A stretch of 64,000 bases of DNA from Styela clava (taxonomy: Eukaryota): NCBI RefSeq assembly GCF_964204865.1, contig NC_135259.1:12586001-12650000 (forward strand), in the 5' to 3' direction. This document shows, one piece after another, positions 52,101-64,000 of the stretch (positions are counted from its first letter, which is position 1; each line of letters begins with the position of its first letter). Made by a program: the position numbers and the translations under genes. The notes below the pieces were generated by a model that was given only the letters and a program-made list of their open reading frames with translations, did no database searches and had not been told where the DNA came from.

Positions 52101-54983
52101 AAAATAGTTCTAGATTTCATTTCGAATATGATCTGGGTACCTGTTTTATCTGTCTCTTCTTTTAATGCATATTCAATTAGCTTCAATTAATATTTTATTC
52201 ACAGTTTATTATAGAATTGGTGTCTCGACTTAGCAACTTGGGATAAATACCTTGTCCTTTACATTCCAATTTTCCAAGAGTAAAATATCCCCTTTCTTCA
52301 GCACCTAAAACGTCTCCAAAGAAGAGCTGAGTTACAGGCAAAGTATCCTTCGAAGATATATACCTGTAATATATTCAAATAATCAAGCAACTGGCAGTAA
52401 CTGGTGATTAATATCGGTTTACTCATTGTGATGAACTGGTAAAACGATACAGGTATGAGCTTTTTCAATCACAAGCGATTTTGGACGTACAGGTTGATCC
52501 ACGAATTTCTTAATTACCTCTACGAAAATGGAGAAACTTTATGTAACTCTTAACTTCTGTTTGTGTATGATTGTAACCGGAAGTTTTGGTAATGTGGGAA
52601 TCCTTGCACAAAAATCATGTTCTCTTCAGAGTTTCCAAATGACCTGGGTCCTTTTTTTTATTTTTGAGAGGGAGAGAGAGAGAGAGAGTAAATTGTTAAG
52701 CATACAAAAAACTTCATGTTTGTCCAAACAACAGTCACTTACAAAATTGCACTTATTTAACAGATTCATTACTAAATGGCATCATCTACACTTGCGGTTG
52801 AATACTATTGGAAAAAAAATTGTATCTTCAACACTTGAGATTGCCCCGATATCACTTTGATAATTATATATATACATATGGTTTGATTGGGGTATATTGG
52901 CGACTTACCCGTCATCTTGTCTCCAAACTAAGTCATTATTATCACAGTTACAAGTAGTGGATTTCCCTTCGCATGTTCCTTTTTTTCCGCATTCACACAT
53001 ATTGCTTCCTGCCAGATACAATTTTTTTTAGGTCTGATTAAAAAATCTTGGAAGTAAAACACGAATGATCAAATGTAAACTAAATTTGAACCTGGATCGG
53101 CTCCAGCCCAGTAATGTTGCTCTTCGCCATCTCTCGACACCCACCACGCATAATCATTGTAAGAGAACAGCATTGATCCAAGACATTCGTACTGTTTTTC
53201 ATATTGAAACAAATAGTGATGTACTTTATACATTTGTAGGCACTATATAGTACAAATGTTACCAACAAACCTACGATGTATTTTACCCAAATATTTTTTT
53301 ATAATATACCGAATGTAAGTTTGGAACATAGCATATGAATACAAATTCAGAAACATTTACATTTTAATTGATCTGTTGATTTTTGTCTCATCTCGTTTCA
53401 TATTAATTGTATTTGTCAAGTCGTACAAGAATTATCTGGGATGGTAGAGAGCTTTCATATAAAACTTTTGTTGGGAAGTTCCGAATGAATTCACACAACA
53501 CCCAAAGCTGGCAAGCATGAATGCAAAACTCGATTAACATGAAACCGATTATTTTTTAAAGTATTTATTTCTATTTATAACTTTTTAAGTAACTTACCGA
53601 CAGATATTGTTGACAGGATCTTGATGTCCACATGACAGCTTGGATTTGTTCCCAGGTTTGATTGTATGTGATGTTATGAGAAAAGCAACCTGGATCCTGG
53701 CAGCCATAGACGTACGTCCTTTCTTCAGAATTATGTCTAATTTAATAGAATATATTTGAGAAAAACTTGATGGCTTAGTTATATAATCGAGCCACTTGCT
53801 CGAGAAAATAATTACACCAATGCTTAATCCAATTTACCCCAACATCGTAACTGCCCATTCTGGATCTGATGACATGTTGCAGTAAACTTGAAACGGTGGT
53901 ATAGAACCTTTGGGACCGTCTGGATCTATTTCATAGTATCCGGAATCGTAGCCACTGAGTTTGTAGTGTTCGCATGATATTTTTGCTTTAAATATAGACA
54001 CAAAACTGAATTGTTGTAATTGACTGGTTATTATTAAAAAGTTAATTATGGTTTGTTTTATTTGAAGATGTAGTCACAAGAGTTAGCTGTTATAAAATCG
54101 AATGAAAGACGCTTCAAAAAAGTTTTAAATTTGAATGAAAGAAGCAATAATTTATATAAGATTGATCCATTGCGCAACTTACGGTCTGTGTAGTTGATTG
54201 TTTCTTCTATTTGTTCTACTCTACTTTGCAAGCTCGTCAGTTGTGTTTGCAATGCTGCGACCTTCAATTGGAAGTTGTAAAAATGGTATTATGAATTAAT
54301 TTATTATCCAAAAATTTGTATGAAGTGAACAACTCAAAATCCGGAATGTTCACCACCTGCAATGGCTTCCGTCTATTATCGTCATCAATCAAGGGAAATG
54401 TAAATGATAATACGCGAAGTTGTGGTTTTATTCATTTTATTTGGCGTATTATGGTGATCACTGCGTAGATTGGCATATTTCTATTTTGAAATTGTAAGTT
54501 TTTTTGTCTGCAATGTAATATTAAATCGGACCTCCTGAAGTATGAGCACCAAGATGGCGCACAACCTGAACTCAGGTTGTGTCCAGGTTAGGGTTCAGGT
54601 TATGCGACATCTTGGTGCGCATACTTCAGGAGTACCAATAAATCTGTATTTCTGTGATGGAAAATAAACTAAAATTTCGTGTTGATACATGATAATTTTA
54701 ATCATATATTAACACTCACGTGTCCTTTTAATTCATCGATTTGAGTTTGCATATCGATACAGCACTGTTCCTCAACCGGTTCTGAATCTGCAATGAAGAG
54801 CGGTAGATCAGAAATATGATAACGGGTAAAAATCGATACCTTGCGAAGTTTCAGATGTAAAAACATGTCAAAATGACGAACATACTAACCCACACCAGAT
54901 TCTTCATACGGCAAAACATCGTCAGCTTTGGTTCTAGTTGCCGAAAAGTATAAAGCAATCAGCAGAATGCTCAATCGGGACAT
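49172..54983 (-). CDS. Secreted coiled-coil protein with two Caspr/neurexin-IV-type fibrinogen-like modules, 12 exons
   Basis: Signal MSRLSILLIALYFSA; CC plus heptads; SCEHYK..GYYEIDPDG..PFQVYCNM, WWVSRDG..YW.GA, CNCD, LPVT, TLGKLEC; the module is repeated; stop at 49172. Confidence 0.88.
50127..50367. mobile_element. MITE family A, long form, TSD AACCGCAG
   Basis: Homologous to 18804-19046. Confidence 0.8.
54528..54636. mobile_element. MITE family A, short form
   Basis: Inverted copy of 13537-13646; TSD A(T/A)TAAATC. Confidence 0.8.
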
Positions 54984-56447
54984 ATTAATCGCTTGCATAC
55001 CCTTTCTGCAGTTGTGTGAATCCCGGATAAAAGTATGTGACTTCGAGGAGTAATATGCTTCTTTTATACATTTTTGCCGAGGGCGTACGTGCTGGGGGGT
55101 TGGGGGTGAGAAAAAACACATTGAGTTGCTTAAATATTACGAGGCAAGTTGTTGATTTTACTTCTATATTTGTATCGTTATCGAGTCATTTCCAACTATC
55201 GGTTTGACAGTTGCAAGTATTCCCATTACCGAGCAAATATTGCTTTCAATTGCATAATACCAAAATGTACTGACTTTGACCTCATTCCAGAACGACTCTG
55301 GTAGAATAGTGCTTGTGCATTAGAGTTTTTATATATTTTTCGAAATCTCCTAACATAAATTGCTTCGGAACGAGACTCATATTAGCAGAGTGTACAAATC
55401 AATCTTGAAAATTTTATTTTGAAACCCATTTTACGTTTTATTCGTTTGCTCATACTTCCAAAATAGGTTTTTGCTTAGTAAATCGCATTGGGTGTGGCCA
55501 ATTTATATCTGAGAATAGAAGTACATTCAACAATTGGAAATGAATCCAGATAATAATTTTTTTTTTTTGCTTTTTCCTTATCATATGTATAATATCAATG
55601 TTGCACATTAAGAAAAATTTAATAAAACTTATTGAAATAATCCGTTTTTGGTGATTATCTTTCCTACTTTCCTAATAAGCATGTTTCATTGGGACGTCTA
55701 TTTAACGCCAACAAAAAGGGGGAAGTTGAATAATAACACTTTTGATGTACAAGTTTTTCTCCAGCTATTGTAAAATATAGTAAAGTATTGTAAAATATAG
55801 TAAAGTAAAGTTAAAAATATTTCTTTAAATTGCAATGAGAATTTATCGATACCATATATTGTTTTGAACCTCACAGATGTATCAAATGAAGTAAAAATAC
55901 TTAAACAATTACTGATTGTAAAACAACAAACCTGGTTAAGATATATATATTGGGAACTGACTTCGTAACAAAATTGAAATTGTAAGAGGACTTTATGGAC
56001 ACCCTGTATATCTTTTCTTGCACTTTACGTATCATAGACCCAGTATCTGGAGATGTGAATTTTTCATAAACGCAGACGCGATGTTGTCGAGACAAAAGTG
56101 GCAGACAGGAAATTCTGTATTTTGTTGACTCTTTTGAGTTACATAAGATCGTTCAAAGTTGCACGTAGTCAATATACATTGTTTGTTTTCTCATCTCGTC
56201 TTGTTTTCCCGTTTCCCGTAACTAAGCTGAGAACATGTGCAGCTGTTTAGGTAAAATTCAAATTTCGGGTTTCAAAAATACCCTGTTTTATTTGCTGTTG
56301 CGTGATGCAAAACAAGTCAGCATATGCCTAGCGTCATATTTTCCCATATAGTTACGCAACAGGAAGCAATAAAACCCCCGATCATTTTGAATCTTGTTTT
56401 ATTCAACATAACGTTTAATACAGACGAGTTCTCATTTCAACGCGAAA

Positions 56448-59400
56448 ATGATGAAGAAACCTTTATTGCTGATTTCCTTAGCACTAATGATCAACTGTTG
56501 TTCAACAGCTCCAGAAACAACGTCCAAACCAAGAACGACATTTAAACCAAGAACGACAACAGGCAGGGTCTTTTTATTTTGTAAAATAAATAGCCGGATT
56601 TCTCGAATCCACCCCTATAAGCTTTTGGCGTATGGTCGAATAACATATCTTCGACTTTAATCATATCTAGTCCAGCGCTCAGTTCGTGCTTGATACGTCA
56701 CAACTTGGTCAATGCGATTTCTTCGTAATTTACACTGAAATTCAAATATCGTAACCAAGCCTACCTAAGCCTAAAAAAATCATAATTGTAATTCCAATGT
56801 CGTTAGTTTATTGAGTATAAGATACACTGTAAATAAGTTCAAATTGTTTTGTAACCTGTAATATGTATAATGCGGTTTCTTATTGCATTGTGTGCATTTT
56901 GATAAAGCCTTCAATTCTTTGTTTGGTGAATCAATAAATATTTTCTTGCAGCCGTTTCCACAATCGGGCCATGCTGTCCGTCATTACAAGCTGAACTTGA
57001 CAACCTAACTGCAGAGGTAATTTTATAAATTTATGTTGAAGTGTTATTTTATACATACAATAGATATCTTATGTTCTGCAATATCAGTACATACGGCACC
57101 CATTATTGTCTTCCATAATAAAATGTAACGCGATAGAAATTTGTCATATACACAAGTGAACCACGGAGAAGTATAAAAATGAATATTCCCGAATGTGCAA
57201 ACACAATTTGTGGCGGCGCTCATAGCTATAGTCTGCTGCAATAAAAACTTAAATCCTTGCGCATATTTTCACCTGACTGTATTTCTTTAGGCAGCAGCGT
57301 TGCAAGAAGAAATCATCGACTTTCAAAATCAGGTTGATGCAATTGAAATAACTGTTAATCATCCAGATGGTGAGCAATTATAACTGTATGCTTTTATTTA
57401 CAAAAATATTTTCTTTTCCTTAGTTTTCCTCAATTATTTTATATTGTTCAGCAAAACAATCCTGTGACGAATTCAAAAAAATGGATTTTTCATCCGGTTA
57501 TTACAATATTGATCCAGATGGCCCCGATGGTGAAATGTCTCCGTTTGAGGTTTATTGTGATATGGACTCTGATCCTGAATGGGCTGTTACTATGCTTGGG
57601 TTAGATCTGATTTGATTGTTTATATGTGAAGTCATTTAAAAATTTTACTGTATTGAAGAACTCTCTTTTCTATTAAGAAAATAAATGTTAGAACGAAACT
57701 AATTTTCAAAAGTTTAGGTTTATGTCGTTTATTATTTGTCAATACTATAGTATTGTAACTCAGCAAGAATATAAAGTTACCTAAAAGTAGTACATAAATA
57801 CATAAGTCCATTTTTTCAGTCATGATTCTGAATCGCGTACGCTTGTGAGTGGTTGTCAAAACCCAGGATGTTTCTCACGAGACGTTAGTTATCGGCAATC
57901 CAAGTATCAGATTGAAGCTGTCATTTCAGCATCACAGACCTGCAAGCAATATCTATCGGTAAACATTATTTAATTGTAGGAAATATTTGTATGTCAGTTT
58001 TTCGATATGGTGACATATTTAATACTGACGAAATAGTATATTTTCTATTTACCGTCAAACGAAAAATTTCCAAACCAAAGAGCATTGTTCAAGTATTTGG
58101 TCGAGCACCGGTGCTTCCTGTAGCCATATAAGGCTAATAACACCGACGTAATGGATGCAAGGAATGTCACCTTATATATTGGTAATAGATTGGTAATCAT
58201 TTGTTAAAGCTATATTCACCGGCAAAATATTTTATTTTGCCTTTGCTTTACTTTCTTATAAAAAAATTTTACAGTACGAATGCTACGGATCAATGTTATT
58301 CGAATATTCCGATTATGCTTGGTGGGTCTCACGTGATGGCGTAAACCAGTATTATTGGTCAGGAGCTGATGAAGGTAATAATTTCATTTAGAATTATATA
58401 TACGATGTATTTGATGAAGTTGTGATATGCCGGCGATAATAGGCACAAAAAAGAAATTATTTGATGCTATGCTGTACGTACAGCATATTAAATTTTGAAT
58501 ACGATTACCTTTTGCTAGTCTCGGCCTCCACGCACTGATTTCGTTTTGAATATTTTTTGTTCTATACTTATTGAAGGAAGCAAAATGTGTGCATGTGGAA
58601 AAAATGGAAACTGCAATGGAACATCAACTACTTGCAATTGTGACAACAATGACTTTGAATGGAGACAAGATGATGGGTAAAGTTTACCATTAGTTTTCGT
58701 TCGCCACAAAATTAAATTTGAAAAATAGGTTCAATGAAGCGCAGTTACAATTTATGAAACTGTTTTCACCTGGTTAATGCTCCTTTCTACCTAAACCGAC
58801 ATTGGTAAATGCCGTAATGATTCTTATTCTCGGTGTGGTCTTGGTTTAAGGTATTTGACAAACAAGAATAATCTGCCAGTGACTCAGATAAATTTCGGAG
58901 ATGTTTTAGGAATTGAAGAAAAAGGTTATTTCACGCTGGGAAAATTGGAATGCAAGGGTGATGGTACGAATAAATTAATTTGAAACTTTATTTTATTCCT
59001 ATATCAGCTCTAACAATAGCTAATAGAAATAAAAGATTAGGTTTTTTCCATAAGTTTTTAAAGTTCATGTATGCAGCTCGTGTATATATATATATATAAC
59101 CCATGTCCACCCAGAGGTTAACCGAGTGAGAATACATTGTAGGCTATTGGTATTGTATTGATCACTTTAAATAAACCAGTAAATGTGTTTCCAACGTGTA
59201 GATTCGACATTAATTTTAATGTTTCTGTTTGTTTTTTTAGCAAAAAGCATTTCAACTTGCGCTGGTCTGAAAGAAAGTGGAAATCCGACAGGATATTATG
59301 AAATTACTCCAAGCTCAACCGTTGAATCTTTTTTAGTTTATTGTGACATGGATTCTTATCCGGGAACAGGTTGGTAGATCCCGCTACCGGTTTTACTGAT

Positions 59401-60903
59401 GGTATTTTTTTCTCTGTAGGCGCGTTAGTCATGTGGTTAAGGCGTTGAGAGATTAAAACTCGTAATGGTTCAAGTTTTATTTCCACTACCAAACTCTAAT
59501 AAAAGTGGGTAGGAAATCCAGAATCGAAAAAAGAACTGTCATTGCAAAATAAAGTAACTATTTTCCTATCGGTGGTTGCTTTTATTAACCCTTGTTTGGA
59601 GCATACATTTTTTAGTTAAATATTGTTTAATGTCTGTTCTCTTTGGGCAAAATTTCTCAACATATTTCTTCGACCCCAGCCGCGTACCACATAACTTTGA
59701 CCATCAGTTTTAGATTACATATGCAAAAAGAAATGTGTTAAAGGGTTAACCGATTCGAGAGCATACAAACATAATACAAATAAACGAATCCGCCCTAAAA
59801 CCCTTGGAAAGGTAAACTTAACGTATCTGCACACATAACTAATCAAGTTAAAATTCAACTTATTCATGATAAAAATAACATTTCAAGAACTAGTCCCCCA
59901 TGCATGGAAATATTTTGCTTGCAAACGACGGGAATTAGTTTTTTGCCTACTGCTTGATTGTAAGAAAAGTGGAAAACCCTATTCCACGCAAAACAAAACA
60001 AAACAAAAAGATCTGGGGCAAAATTGTCATTACTAAATTCATGAATATGTAATTTGCTGTGATATCGAATGGTTTTTCGTATTTCATGGAAAATATCCAG
60101 CGTACCGCCTCGGAGGCTTTGCGTTACATCAGTGTCTCGCGCATCGTTGATTGGATACCTTTGGCTTAGAGAATTAGACAACTTCGATTTCTAGCCTTGT
60201 AACATATTTTAATGAGAATTCAACACTATCAGCACATAACTATTATTAAATCTAACCTTTTCCAGGAATAACCGAGATCGACCACGATGAGCAAAGCGGA
60301 AGTCTTAATTACTATTCTTCCAATAAAAATATACAAGTTAATTACAACGTGTCAATGGATCAGATTGTTGCTCTAATGAGTGTTTCACAGCAATGTGAAC
60401 AATATATTGAAGTTAGTAAAAGCTAAATAGAATATTTTTTTTTTAGATATTGATCAATAATATTAGTGATATATATTACAGTCATTTTGATTCATTTCAG
60501 TGGCGTTGTTCCAGAACAAGGATGTTTTACAGTGACAAAAACTGGTGGCTGTCACGTGATGGAGACAAAATGACCTACTGGGGAGGAGCTGCCCCCGGGC
60601 ATGATGGATACTGTGGGTGCGGAGAAACTGGTAAGAGCGTAACCTAGATTTGAATAAAATAAAAATATAGGTCATAAAAATGTTTATACCACAGGAACGT
60701 GTCTGCCTGGAACCAGTTATCTACACAAATGCAATTGCGACTATATTAGCTCCAGTGATGGCACATACCGTGTTGATGGAGGTTATCTGTACGACAAAAG
60801 CACATTGCCAGTAACTGGCATGGCATTTGCATTGGATTACTATTACTCTTCTTCCATTTATTCTCGGGGAGACTACAAACTTGGAAAACTTAGGTGCTAT
60901 TGA
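56448..60903 (+). CDS. Paralogous secreted coiled-coil protein with two Caspr-type fibrinogen-like modules, 12 exons
   Basis: Signal MMKKPLLLISLALMINCCS; same exon count and phases as 49172-54983; SCDEFK..GYYNIDPDG, WWVSRDG, CNCD, LPVT, LGKLRCY*; AATAAA downstream. Confidence 0.88.
59419..59491 (+). mobile_element. Degenerate tRNA-derived SINE head
   Basis: A-box-like TAGTCATGTGGTTAAGGCG and B-box-like GGTTCAAG; no intact cloverleaf. Confidence 0.35.
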
Positions 60904-62341
60904 TGCCTTAACCTGATTAACCTGAAACATGCATCAGTACTTTCTGAAATTATGAAAATAAAATTTATTGAATCTAGTAATAAAATAATTTACTGATGAT
61001 TTCACTCAATATTCTGTATGATATATTTTATTTATCGGAAGGTTGAGGTGAATGTTGTTCAGTTAATATTTTCATATTTAGCTCGGGGAGAGGAAAGTCA
61101 GTGTATAATACAGAATACAGATCGATCGTAAAACGAACAACAACAAGTCAAAAACGTAATCGACCTGCGGCAGTGATAGCCCGACCTATATCGATACCAT
61201 AACCATATGGCGAACCACTATCTTTCACCAGGTTATTAGTACCTGTTCCAGGGGATAGCAATCTGTTTCAAGGTTTTGGATGTATAAAATTGGGTGATGG
61301 GCATTGGTGGGTTTCAGAATGTTCCTGGAATGTCGTCGCTGAATTCATCACTGGATAAGATGGTGACACGCTTAACTAGGAATCCCAGCATTCCGTATGT
61401 TTTATCTTTGCGTCCGTTTTATTATTCATTGCTTCTTCCTGTTTCCCGGCCACAACAAATTGGTTGGGCAAATAAAGAATGTTATGTTATAGAATAAGCA
61501 GAGCGACTTCAGAAAAACATGCAACAACTAAATCGAAGTAGGAAATGCGAACACCACGAAACGTTTATTATAATATTCTCTACCAGGGAAATTCAACTTA
61601 CAAATGAAGCTATTTGAGATTAGGGTTTGATTGCGCTCCTGAAATGCTTGGTTGCATTTGTTCAAAACTTCAAAGATATCCGATAAATCTCATAATATAT
61701 AAATTATAATTAATTATCTATTAATAAAATTAATAACTAAGTTTTTTTCAAATTGATTTGAAAATTTAACTTTTATTTATATTATCGAAAGTAAAGACAA
61801 ATACATGAACTTTGTTATATATGTCTGAGCAAAACTACAATAAAATTCAAACTTATGATCTGGTGACCTATTTCCCAGAAGACCTAATTCTAAAAATTGT
61901 TCGTTTATACCACCATTTATTTTATCAAATTCTGTAGGATCTTGTGCAATTTGTAAGCCGTCAATTATTTCGAGTGTCCGAGCTGGTAGCATTTGAGTTT
62001 TATATTACAAATTGTTTAAATAGTTGCATTTGATTGACACTAAAGAGTGGGCGTTTCAGAGCTTTCTATAGCACGATAGGACCCCATCGAGAAGTCCTAA
62101 CGAGTGGGTAAACCGACATCCCTTGGGTCAACATGGAAGCTCGGTATATATTCAGACACAGCGAAATTTGTATAAAAAAAACTATTTTGTTTTGGCTGTT
62201 TTAATATGCAATGTGATTTCTCGTTTGTTTTAGATATTTATCTGTTGTGAGTGGAAATATTTTGCCGTGCAGTGTATTCAGTTATTTCGGTATATCTATA
62301 TTTTTTTATAATATTTTTGTTTGAATTTGACAACATCTAAA

Positions 62342-62400
62342 CCAGGGCCGCGCTCAATATGTGGCCCGCAGAAGAGTTCCGAGTGGCCCGCGCAGTATTT
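62342..62400 (+). mobile_element. hAT-like MITE end fragment
   Basis: CAGGGC terminus with GTGGCCCGC sub-terminal repeats like the Charlie-type copies. Confidence 0.4.
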
Positions 62401-64000
62401 TTAGAAATTAAATAAACTAAACTTAAACCGATGTCTCGCCCAAATTTGAGTCACAATCGACACCTCCCATAAAACAATTAAGTAAATTATTATTAAAACA
62501 AATTATACTTGGTCGTTCAAACGCGCGAGAGACAGGACTAAATGAATATTTTCGAGACATCGCTTCCAATTTACTTCACTGTAGTGAGCACTGATATGGA
62601 CGATTTGTCCATTTCAGCCTGTTGTATTCAAACTCCCTTAACAACGAGTCGTGAATTTTATATAGGGCAAGGTGTGTTTCGTGATTTGGGTTTGTTTATT
62701 CCGGCCATCTACATTCATATATCGGTTCTCGTTATCACATGTACCAAACCCTGCGCCCTGGTCGACATCGATGTTTGTTTTTATTTCTCGAAGGACCACG
62801 CGCTTTTCTCAACAAAATGAAAGCTATTGTACGATCATTGGTCGAGGAAAATTATAGGAATAAATTTGCAACCCAAATTTAGTTCAATATGATAATTATA
62901 TTTCGTGTAGGCTTTGATCATTCTTATCACCACTGTAAAATAAAAAGTGTACTGTACAAGATCTTTACTACTGGCTTTTTTTGCGTTAAATAGAACTTCT
63001 GAAATTTATTCATTGGTTTAAAAATGCGTGCATATTGTTTTCAGATATTCGCAATAGCTTTGTGCAATAAGATGGCTTGTATTAACTAACCTCTTGATAT
63101 TTAGATTTTTTTTTCCATAAAATATACTAGTTTTGTGAAGAGAAAGATACTAACAATACATCCACTGAATCAAATGCTTAAACAGATTTCTATCCTGGAA
63201 TCCATAAATATTAAACAAACACATTTAAACAAGTGGGTGATGCTTCATTAGATGGACACGAAGACGTATAATTAGCCTACGTCAAGTAGACCAATGGATT
63301 GTTATACAGATTCTTCTCTCAGCAGCAGAAATTATACAAGCAAATTATTGTTCATTCTGAACAACAGGCCAAGAAAAAGAGAAATACTTGTTTGAAGATC
63401 ATTTTTAAAGGATCAGATTTCTTACGACTTGCTTCGGATTAATATTCATCATATAATATAAACACGTCATATTTGAATCACAACGACATAAAGCTTTAAA
63501 TCAGCACTTCGTTGCTGCTATTTGCAAAAATATCTTATTGGTTGTTGGTATTCTTCTTATCTCTGGTTTACTGTTTTTGAATTTATAAAACATCACCGGG
63601 TATTGGCAATCAATTGGCGCCCCTTCGGGTATTTTTACAGTTTGAAACGATATCACACACACTCTAAATAAATCGAAAAACATCTGAATGACGGGACGAG
63701 TTGCAAAATCTTATTCCATTCAATAATTATCTTTCGTACATATGATATATATGAATTTTTCCTTCACCTTCATCGCCACCTCCTTCATATCCATGCCCTT
63801 ACTCTGCCCAACAAGAACCGCCTACGTACGCCCGAATCCCTACCCCCGCGACAGATAAAACATGCTACCGCAGGCCTTAAAGTCGAAACGCAGTAAATTG
63901 CGCAAGCAATGTATATTGCTGTCCAACCTAAACAGTGGTGGAAAAAATATCAGAAAAAAAATATTCTGATACTACGTGGATGACGCACGTCGTCTTTCCC

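Noticed and set aside
59419-59491. tRNA gene
   Set aside because: A/B-box-like motifs are present but acceptor and T stems do not pair; more likely a SINE remnant
61777-61992. 71-aa minus-strand ORF
   Set aside because: No recognisable motif or linked exons
63751-63880. Pro-rich reading with PPSY/PPTY motifs
   Set aside because: Bounded by stops, no in-frame start or clear splice acceptor; cannot support a gene at the window edge

Overview
AT-rich eukaryotic genomic DNA with many short GT-AG introns; gene content suggests an ascidian (tunicate) such as a Styela-like species (inference). In order: the 3' part of an R4/Dong-type non-LTR retrotransposon (RT plus restriction-like endonuclease); two C-type-lectin-fold genes (one with an apparent lesion) and an orphan paralogous exon; a secreted phospholipase A2; a ~16 kb multi-exon astacin metalloprotease gene (signal-anchor, antistasin-like module, astacin, 5 TSP1, 3 FG-GAP-like repeats); an intronless SAM methyltransferase with a deleted tandem copy; a head-to-head pair of secreted coiled-coil proteins each with two Caspr-type fibrinogen-like modules; and many MITEs. 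The standout is at 34.4-41.9 kb, where the ORF track shows nothing real. Two mirror-image arrays totalling about 25 pre-miRNA-like hairpins (14 left, 11 right) have one conserved ~22-nt arm each. G:U asymmetry points to divergent transcription, hairpin order is collinear between arrays, and a homologous ~180 bp leader precedes each array. This looks like a duplicated, bidirectional miRNA mega-cluster. All exon structures were assembled by eye and are unverified.
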